Under the pieces are notes generated by a model that was not told the origin of the DNA, searched no databases, and worked only from the letters and a program-made list of their open reading frames with translations. A DNA stretch of 64,000 nucleotides from Octopus vulgaris (lineage: Eukaryota). The position numbers were made by a program, and so were the translations under genes. The stretch is from NCBI GenBank assembly GCA_951406725.2, contig OX597818.1:77686001-77750000 (forward strand). The letters are read 5' to 3'. Numbering within the stretch: the first letter of the stretch is position 1; the number at the start of each line of letters is the position of its first letter. Positions 1 through 64,000 of this stretch are shown piece after piece.

Positions 1-1436
1 TGGGTTAGAGTTGTATGTATTATTTATCATTGTTTTATGGCCTTGTGCTCTTCCTGTTGCTAACCTTTATCTGTTTTTCATGTGTAGTGGGGGGGGGGGT
101 CTGTTATTCAACATCTCTTCAAAAGTGTAAAGCCAATAGGAGATTTGTTGACAAACAATGAAAACAATATCACTGCTTGTTACTTAGCAATTTTCAGAGA
201 AGTGCAAATGTAAACAAACACATACAGGTTTATGCACACACAAATACAAGGTTTTGGTCAACCTGTAGCTATAGATGAAGACATTTACCTAAGGTACTGT
301 ACAGTGAGATTGAAATCAAAAACACATGGTTGGAAAGCAGACTTCTTAACCACACAGCCCACACTTTTATTACATAGTCATTCATTGTCTCTTTATCTAA
401 CTACTATATATACATACATATATTGCAAAGCTCTTCCATTTCACAATAAAGTAACTAAAAGTATGCATAGGTTTGCGAGTGACGGGTTAACAGACACCAA
501 TGTAGTTGTAGGATGTTTGTAGATAACAATAGCCAGTATACAGAGATGGTTTGCTTTGAGAAATACTTTTATAAGTTTTAATAGATTGCTGGAAATCAGT
601 TTTACTCATTGTATTTTTTATAGAAGAGGAAAGTAATGAAATCATATTGGAACCTTGTCAAAATAAATGCTGCCAAGTTTTGGAAGTTGGTGGTATTCAG
701 AAACCATGAAGAAACTTGGTATTTAGCTTTGGAATAATGAATTTTTTAGGTAACAAGAACATATAAAGAGTCGTAATTAAGTTAACACACACATACACAC
801 ACCATAGGCTTCTGTACAGTTTCTATTGAGTTTCTCTCTACCAAATTTCACTCAGTGAGATTGAACCTGAAATGACATGGTTTGGAAGCAAACATCTTAA
901 CCATACAGTCATGCTTGCACCTATATGCACACATATACACACACTTGGCTGATGCACATGAGTGTAGGCAGTACAATTTTAGCTCCTTTAAATGAAATAT
1001 TTAATCATTGAGTGTGTACATGGCATGTGAACCACACTGACTCAACAATAAATCAATTTTAGTTATAAACCCAAATTTGCTTCTGTGTAAAGAAAGAATT
1101 AGAAATAAGTACATATGTCTCTGTTGTTTAACCCTTTCGTTACAATATTTATGTTGAAATACACTGCCTTTCTTTCAACTAATTTTGAAGAATTCAGTTA
1201 AATAGCAGAAAGCTCAGAGTAAAAGTAGTGAAGACTCTGCATCAAACAAGTGAAATGTATGTTATTGTTATCGATTTTTATTTATGCCTTTACAAATGGG
1301 AATGGATGTAACTGAGATAAGAACTTAATATTGTTCTGGAAACAAAAAAAATATTATCATAACCCATATTGGTTTTATATTTTTGACTTTGCTATGTATT
1401 GTATTTAAACATTTCTTCCTAATTTGTCTTTATCAG

Positions 1437-55710
<54,274 letters not shown>

Positions 55711-57914
55711 CTTCTTTTTTTAAACGAAAAAAAGAAAACAAACAAATATATATATGTATACATATATGTATATGAAATCAAACCACAGAAAGAATGATGA
55801 ATATATTTCTTTCTAAATTTAATTTTAATTTTTTTTTTTTAAATTTAAAAGAAAAATAATTCGATTCTTCATGAGAGCTGTTGCCTATCTAATTTTGGTT
55901 AGATATAATGCATAAAGCCACTGTTTTCACCATCAACTAATCACACATCATTACTTGATCTCTGTCTTTACTTCTGGCTGCCTTACACACATACATAGAA
56001 ATACCCACACTCACACAGTTACCACACAGACATTTCAGTTAAGAAGAATGACCCCTCCCACTCTCTCTCTTTTTTTTTTTTTTAAGTGCTTATTTTCCTT
56101 CCCCTAAATTCTGTTTGTAAAGGAAAGAAAAAGAAAAGATCAAAGAAATACATAGTTTGCTTCATCTGTATCAAACATACTCAACATTTTCTAGGCTGGA
56201 AATTTTGTTCATTGTTTTAGTCTTATCAGACTTTTATTTTAATTAAATAATATTGTAGATAAATAAAAGTCAGTTTGTAACAACTGTCCCTCAACTTAAT
56301 CCCTTGAAATCCCTCTAATCCCTTAACAGAATACATTTACAACCAGTTATCTAATGGAGCCAAAACTTTTAGTTTTTTACAGATTTTTTAACAGATTTAT
56401 TGTTTACTTTTAATATTTATTCTGAAAATTAATAATGAGCAGGATAAAAGATTTTAAATTGCCCCTCCCCACTATTTTTCCTTTGATTGTTATTAGAATT
56501 TTCTAGAATATAATCTCTTGTTTGTTAGGCAAACAACAATAATAATAATAAGTTCTGTACCTAACAAACTAATTTTCTCTTAATAATGCATGCCTAGCAA
56601 AGTAGAAAGCCTTATCTCTAAACACATCTTGTAAACATTATATGCTAAAAAAATTGTTGTTATAATTTGAAGGTAGATCCAATTAGATGCTGGTGTCTTA
56701 ACTAGGAAGTCATTTTAGTTTTCATGTTGCTCTGTTATTAAAACTCATTCATTATCATCTGTTTAATGAAACCACTGTTGAAAGTCACAGCTATTTGTGT
56801 TAATAACTATTAACTAGCTTAATTATTTAAGAAGAAAAAAAAGCACAAGCAACAAACATTTGTGTAAATATTACTGTACCTTATGTCCCCCATCATATTT
56901 AGAAAGCCCCCCACCATTATATATAGTTGTTTCCTGTAACCCTGTAAGGATTCTGTGTCTAAATTGAATATCTTGTTTTTATCTATTTTACTCAACGAAA
57001 TCATAGTTTTCCTTTCTCATTTTCCTCTCTTTTCTTTGATATTTAAAAACAAAATAGTCATTTTAAGCTTCAATCCTTAGACACTAGGCCTACAAAAATA
57101 TATGAAACTTAGTTTAAAAAATCAAAATCTACACTTAAAATGTCCAGTACTCCAATAAAACATTTTATTTTCAATTTTAACTCCCACTTTCTCAAAATTT
57201 CATTTAATTCAGAACGTAACTATCTCACATTTTTTTTTACTGTTTAATGAAAGAATTTATTATTAGTTTTAGCATTAGTTGATTTCTCTTTCTTTTCTCC
57301 TGTCATGTAATTTAACATCCAGAATAAACTATCTCATAGTTAAGTAATTTACAAAAATTATTTGACATTAATTAAAATCAAACCTTAGCAAAATTTTATA
57401 ATTTTAACATGTCATCTATTATTATGACATTTGAGTCGTTTAAATTTTAATTTATTAATTAGCAAATACATCAATGAATATCTTTTCCCCCTCCTTTATT
57501 AGAAAAAAAAAATTACTTTTTTTTAAAGAGTAAAGAATATATTTTGAAATTTATAACTCACCATTATTACTCTATTTTTTTTTCTTTTTCAAAAAGCACC
57601 ATACTATGTGATGAAATAACGTTATCACAGGATGTTCTAAGCAAACCATATATTTTTTTGGTCTTCATTGGGAAAACTGTAGTAATCTAGACTAGAAGAC
57701 AATTATGACCAGCACTACAGCATTACCCACTACTCTTTTAGTATTGCAGGGCTTTTCTCCAGGCGCACAAATTAAGAATTTACAAAATGAAAAATAATCC
57801 TATCCAATTGGTAACATATTGCAGGTGTATAACAGTTTATATATATTCATGTATGTATATATATTTTATGTGTGTGTGTATATATATATAAATTTTTTGC
57901 AACGAAAGTTATAG

Positions 57915-58100
57915 CCACCTTGGCATGGATGTCTTGTTAGAATGCTGGATACTATGTTATTAACCTTTCATATAGGAACATCGTGCCTTGTTTGCTACAG
58001 TTTTTGTCCATGCTTTGATGCCATGTGCCTATATGAGAGGACATCTCAAGGCTAATGATACAGTATTCAGTATTCTAATAAGACATCCATGTTAAGTTGG
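57915..58100. repeat. Imperfect long hairpin downstream of the RhoGEF stop
   Basis: 53-bp outer arms plus inner tcatatagg.acat/atgt.cctatatga arms. Confidence 0.75.
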
Positions 58101-58113
58101 AAATAAAGTTTGC

Positions 58114-58155
<42 letters not shown>

Positions 58156-58585
58156 CATATATTTACATGCATACACACACACTCAATGTATGACTGGGTA
58201 CTCAGCAAAATAACATAATAGACTATTGATTATATATTTATACACGCACATACGTGTGTGTGTGTATGCACTTTTACAAGTCTGAATATGTGTGTGCATG
58301 CATGTGTATAACTTTGTGTGTGTTTATATATATATATATGCACACACATACAGTAACTCAGTCTCCCCCCACTAAAAATGTATATATAAACTCTATAAAT
58401 TCATGTGTTTATATAACATATGATGCATGTTACTTTATATATATATACATATATATGTATATATATATGTATGTGAGTGTGTATATATGCACTTGTATGT
58501 ATGATTGTATATGTGTGTATATATGTAAATTGATAACAATAATAATAATAATAATAATCTTATGAAAGCTCTATATAAAGTTTAC

Positions 58586-58688
58586 TTTTTGCACACTTGG
58601 TGCCAAACTGGCTACAACCATACTGTTGAGGTCCAGAATGATTGTCACTGCATCACCATCAGCTGCAGTAACACTTGCTTGATCAGAT
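58586..58688 (-). other. Candidate minus-strand exon
   Basis: Minus strand: long pyrimidine tract tttatttatttattctttttaAG, a GC-richer open segment (SDQASVTAADGDAVTIILDLNSMVVASLAPSVQK, or LIKQVLLQLMVMQ* in another frame) and a possible gtaaac donor. Confidence 0.3.
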
Positions 58689-59176
58689 CTTAAAAAGAAT
58701 AAATAAATAAACCTTCTACATTTTTTATTGAAGTAATTTACCATTTTAATCATTAGGAAGTTGCAAAGAAATTTTGTAAAAATTATCTATGCAGACATTT
58801 GGAATTAAATGTGTTAAAATTATGACTATGCATGTGTGTATATACACACATAAATGGATATATGTATGTAGGAGTGTGTGTGCTTACACATAAACAATTA
58901 TTTAATATGTGTGGTTATGCACAAAATATTGTAATTCATATATGTGTGTGTGTGCATGCTCCACACATGCGAGTTCCTTGAGATATGTTGGAATGATGTA
59001 AGTTATTTGTTTTTCAGTTTTAGTAACTATCATTAATCCCAAATCTTTTACTGTGGCATTACCTCCATGAATTCTCAACTGTTTTCATTGTTGCATAATG
59101 CATGCCCACACACACACACATCTCTATGTAGGTATATGTGTAAAATATGTATACATACATATATATATACACACAT

Positions 59177-59220
<44 letters not shown>

Positions 59221-59287
59221 GTATGAATGTATTTATTTATGCTCTTATATGTATCTATATGTATATATTTATATATGTATAATTCTA

Positions 59288-59344
<57 letters not shown>

Positions 59345-59948
59345 CTTATGTCATCATTAGAGATAAAGTTGATGGCAAGTTTGCAGGTTGATGACAAGTT
59401 TGCAGGTTCAAATCCATCCACTACATGCCATGGTCCTTTTTTTTTTTTTTTCCTTAACTAACTGATCACTTACATGTGACATCAGTTTACTTAGCCGTCA
59501 AGACATGTGACCGAGTTATCTCTGATAGACTATACTCCTTTTCAGGGAGGAAGAGAGAGATTGCCTCTCTTCTATGCTACAGGTTCTGGAATAGGGTGTT
59601 GGCTCATTGCATGCTTGAGATTTGTGATACAATTAATTAACATTCTCCTTAAATGTTGTTATTCTGACAACATTGCTCTACAGTTCCAGATATTCCTTAG
59701 AGATTTGATCATTCTTCTTATTGATTTAGTTTGATATGTTTTCCATATACCATCTTCATTAGTTGGGTCTTTCTGAACTCTCAAATTGTTTTTGCTTTAG
59801 ATTTTTTTTAAAATTTTCATTGAGCAATAATTACATTTTGTTTTACATTAAGGATATGTGTGTGTATGAATGTATGTGTGTGTACATACATGAATATTAA
59901 TGTACTATGTATATAAATATATATTTTTATTACTCTGGGTGGGACACA

Positions 59949-60007
<59 letters not shown>

Positions 60008-60008
60008 A

Positions 60009-60402
60009 CTTTTACTCTTTTACTTGTTTCAGTCATTTGACTGCAGCCATGCTGGAGCACCACCTTTAATCGAGCAACTCGACCCGGGACTTATTCTTTG
60101 TAAGCCCAATACTTATTCTATCGGTCTCTTTTGCCGAACCGCTAAGTGACGGGGACATAAACACACCAGCATCGGTTGTTAAGCAATACTAGGGGGACAA
60201 ACACAGACACACAAACACATATATATATATATACATATATACGACGGGCTTCTTTCAGTTTCCGTCTACCAAATCCACTCACAAGGCTTTGGTCGGCCCG
60301 AGGCTATAGTAGAAGACACTTGCCCAAGGTGCCACGCAGTGGGACTGAACCCGGAACCATGTGGTTGGTAATCAAGCTACTTACCACACAGCCACTCCTG
60401 CG

Positions 60403-60404
<2 letters not shown>
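60009..60404 (-). mobile_element. Young full-length tRNA-derived SINE with CORE-like segment, between (TA)n tracts; many older copies elsewhere (e.g. 3975, 13885, 16440, 20480)
   Basis: Minus strand: A-box tggctgtgtgg, B-box ggttcagtccc, accttgggcaagt CORE-like motif, CpG-rich, gtaaaa-type tail. Confidence 0.8.
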
Positions 60405-60455
<51 letters not shown>

Positions 60456-61023
60456 CTATATCTGTGATGTATGATATAGTTAAGTCTAACTTCTTCAATA
60501 GTATTCACACCATACATATCACATTACAAAGTAGCACTCTTTTGTTGCTGCTGCAACTAGTACTACTGCAGTAGCAGCAACGTGTTAACATGCTATTCTA
60601 AATTTCTCCCTACGTAGATGTTACTGCTGCACAGTTGTTATTGTGCATATGCAGCTGTGCAGGACAGCAGTTTATACACATGTCACAGAAGTTTTGTGAT
60701 ATGTAAAACACATTAACTATCTCTCTTAGCTCTTTCTGTCTCTCTCATTATTATGAGACATTTCTCTCTGAGAACTTAGCGTCTCACTTTACAAAGTGAA
60801 ACATCTGCAACTATCTCACCAACATCTCTCTCTTTTGCTTTCCTGTTTATTTTGAAACAAACAGTTGATTCTTAAAGTTTATATGTATTTATATATATAT
60901 ATATATGTACAGATGTATGTATACATGAATGATAAGAATTTTCAATTATTTGTATGTGTATATTGAGTTAGGACTTGCATGTGTGTTATAGCATACATAT
61001 TTATGTGTGTTTCAAAGAAGCTA

Positions 61024-61054
<31 letters not shown>

Positions 61055-62296
61055 ATTCAGCAGGTTTATAATTTACTTTGTAAAATGCTGTTTTTGGTGT
61101 GACATTAACAATTTCTCAGTGAGTCTTTTCTTTAAAATGGTCATTAGATACATTATATAACATAGCTGACCGAATGACTTTTGTGTGAGTTATTCTAGAG
61201 CCAGTGTGAGAGCCACTGTGTTATAATTCTACCTGTTAGAAATAGCAGCCGAATCTCCTGCAAATCACAGCTTACTGTCTTTTAGAGGAAGGTATATGCA
61301 TTGTATGGTGTAGTCAGAATATAAGACAGGGTGGTTATGGCTAGGACAGCTTTGATTTTAGATCCCAGTCAAGCCTGACTTGGAGGTTGAACAACAACGA
61401 CAACTTTATAGGGAACACACACTAAATGGATGAAGCTATCAAGTGAAGAGCGTCTTCTTTGAATTGCAGCAGTGTTATACAGAGAATCACTATTCTTGGC
61501 TATATAAAATATAGAAGGTTTTTCTGCCACACCCTGTAGTTTAGAGCAGGAGATCTAAAATACCCGTAATCATATTGTTTTTTAACAACTTGCCAATCTC
61601 TTAAGATTTTTAAGATTTTCTTGTTTTGTTTTTTTTTAGCACTTAGTTATGAATGGTTCTGTTAAAATACACTGCATTTGTTTCAGTTAATTTTGAAAAT
61701 GAATCTAATAAAATAACTTTGGCACTATTAAAATGATATTTGAGCCATGAATTAGAATGAAACTTTAATGGCAAATTTTTTATTGAGATCACTTTTAAAC
61801 AGGAAGTTTGGATCATAGAACCAGGAGCAGTCTCGGGGGTGGGGTGGTATGAAAAGGGTTAGTCTATCACTCTAAACATACACATACATACAAACACACA
61901 TATATGCATTAGAACTGTGGTGTCTGTCTCATTCCTTAATCTAAACCTCCATGTCTATAAAACAGGAAAGTAAGATGATAAAACCATACAACTAAATCTA
62001 TTTTATTGAGATGATAACTTGATATGTTTTGTTTCTTTGCTTTGTTACAACATAAGCAGAATCATAACATCTTGTAGTACTCTTCAATGTATTACTTGCT
62101 TTTCATTTAATTTGTTGCTCTCGCAGCTTTAATCAAAGTAAAATAAGTAAAAGGCATTTTACTGGGATGTTTTTTTTTTCTGTTTTTGTTAGAAACATAC
62201 TATCAGTTGGACTTTAAAATATACTGCTGGCTGTATTACTTTTCATCTCTACTTACATTTCTACACAAATGTATACGCACATTTTCCACTGTCTTT

Positions 62297-62700
62297 TTAT
62301 ATATCATATATGTATATATGGATATGTATTTGTATATAAGTGTGTGTGTGTGTTTGTGTGTATATATATATGTACATATGTATGTATATATATACATGTA
62401 TATGTTTGTGTGTGTATATATATATATACATATATATATGTATGTATACATATATATATATACGTATATATATGTATGTATACATATATATACGTATATA
62501 TATATATATGTATACATATATACGTATGTATGTATGTATGTATATATATATAAATATATATGTACATGTATGTATATATATGTACATGTATGTATATGTA
62601 TATATACATATGTATGTATATATACGTATGTATTTATATGTGTGTATATATATATATATGCTTTTATATGTATGTATATATATATATATATATTTATATA
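62297..62700. repeat. (TA/TG)n compound microsatellite
   Basis: Read directly from the sequence. Confidence 0.95.
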
Positions 62701-62726
62701 GACAGTGTTTCGGCTGTTGGACTTAC

Positions 62727-62996
62727 AGCCTTTGTAGTTCATCAGATTCACATCACACTATGCCACAGGTATTACATTGTGTCGTTGATCAAGTTCCATT
62801 ACATTATTGTTTTGCTGTAGTTAACCCATACATTCTCAGTTCCCTTCCTGATGAAATATTAAATAAACGAGTTGCTGGTGCTAAGAAGGGTTTCTGTCGA
62901 AGAGAAAGCACTTTTTGTTTCCTCCAAGAACAAATATCAGATATTTCAGATGTATTCAATCCATGCAGTCATCTAGAAATGTTTGGAAGTAAAATA
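62727..62996 (-). other. Candidate minus-strand exon (non-coding, terminal or pseudo-exon)
   Basis: ttttAG acceptor (alternative tttctAG giving an exon start at 62972) and a perfect gtaagt donor at 62726-62721; complex non-repeat sequence; no frame is fully open. Confidence 0.3.
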
Positions 62997-63414
62997 CTAA
63001 AATTTTAAAATATTAAAAAGAAAAAAAAAACAAAGAAATCATTTAGCTGTAAAATTTATTTATTTATTTATATTTTGTATCCAAGAAATAACAGCAACTA
63101 TAAAGCCAACACTTGCTGCTCACTCTTCAAAATATTTAATCATCCATAAATTGTGTAGATATTATTTTATTCAATTATCATTTCATATTATTATTATTAG
63201 GAAGGTGATGAGCTGGCAAAGCCATTAGAGTGTCTGGTAAAATACTTTGTAGTACTCTCTCCAGCTCATTACGTTCTGAGTTCTATTACCACTGGAATCG
63301 ACTTTGCTTTCCATCCCTATGGGGTTGATAAAATATAGTATCAGTCAAGCACTGTGGTTGATGTAATCAAATTGCCCCTCTCCTGAAAATTGCTGGCCAA
63401 AATTAGTGAGACTA

Positions 63415-63459
<45 letters not shown>

Positions 63460-64000
63460 CCTGAGTTCATATTCCACCAGGGTTGACTTTGTCTTCTCTT
63501 CCTTCCAGGGGTTAGTAAGTATCAGTTTAAATACTGGGTCCATTTAATCATCACTGCTCTCCTTCCTCTGCCCCTTCCCCCTAACCCCAATATATGGCCC
63601 TCAATATCATAATTAATAAGAATTTTACACGTTGTGTGTCAACAACCTTCTATAAACCTGAGTTGTTGACTCTCCTTCAGTTTGCAAGGTGTTTTAATGA
63701 TGCATTTTAATGTCACATTGTTTCAACCCTTGTAAAAAACATGAGTGCCAGCTTCTCTACAATCCCTATTCTCCAAAAGTCTCGCAATTTTCTAGCCTTC
63801 ATGAATAATTATTTGACTTTTTTTTTTTTAGTTACTTATTTATGATTTCTACCATTAACTGGTAAAATTTCAATTTTACTGCCATTTTGTTGAAATTTTG
63901 TCAGTCAGAACTGCTGTTATCTTTTTTTTTTTTTATAATTCTGTCATAATTTCGGTTCAGTATTTCTTTTTAACTGTGTCTGTCTGTGTGTCAGACACAG

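Noticed and set aside
60330-60404. tRNA gene
   Set aside because: The A/B boxes are the head of a SINE; no complete cloverleaf.

Overview
AT-rich, microsatellite-dense eukaryotic DNA; the repeat landscape suggests an octopus/coleoid cephalopod (inference). The window holds the 3' part of one + strand gene, an RGS-RhoGEF family member (ARHGEF11/ARHGEF12/Drosophila RhoGEF2-like). I rebuilt 16 phase-consistent GT-AG coding exons from 1437 to the stop at 55710 (2775 nt, 924 aa: pre-DH linker, DH, PH, Thr-rich and poly-Q tracts, likely coiled-coil, acidic tail); the 5' end lies upstream. The introns contain tRNA-derived SINEs, LINE and mariner remnants, MITEs, a 373-bp tandem array and very long (TA)n tracts. 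The most notable signal is a recurring set of fold-back structures. Two are Penelope-like retroelement insertions with GIY-YIG endonuclease sequence, and one is an ORF-less inverted repeat; all three carry minimal hammerhead-ribozyme motifs, each from a different sequence family. There is also a near-perfect 459-bp palindrome and a G-U-biased hairpin downstream of the stop. Two exon-like segments on the - strand near the 3' end hint at a convergent spliced transcript. Almost all other ORFs in the track are repeat or microsatellite artefacts.
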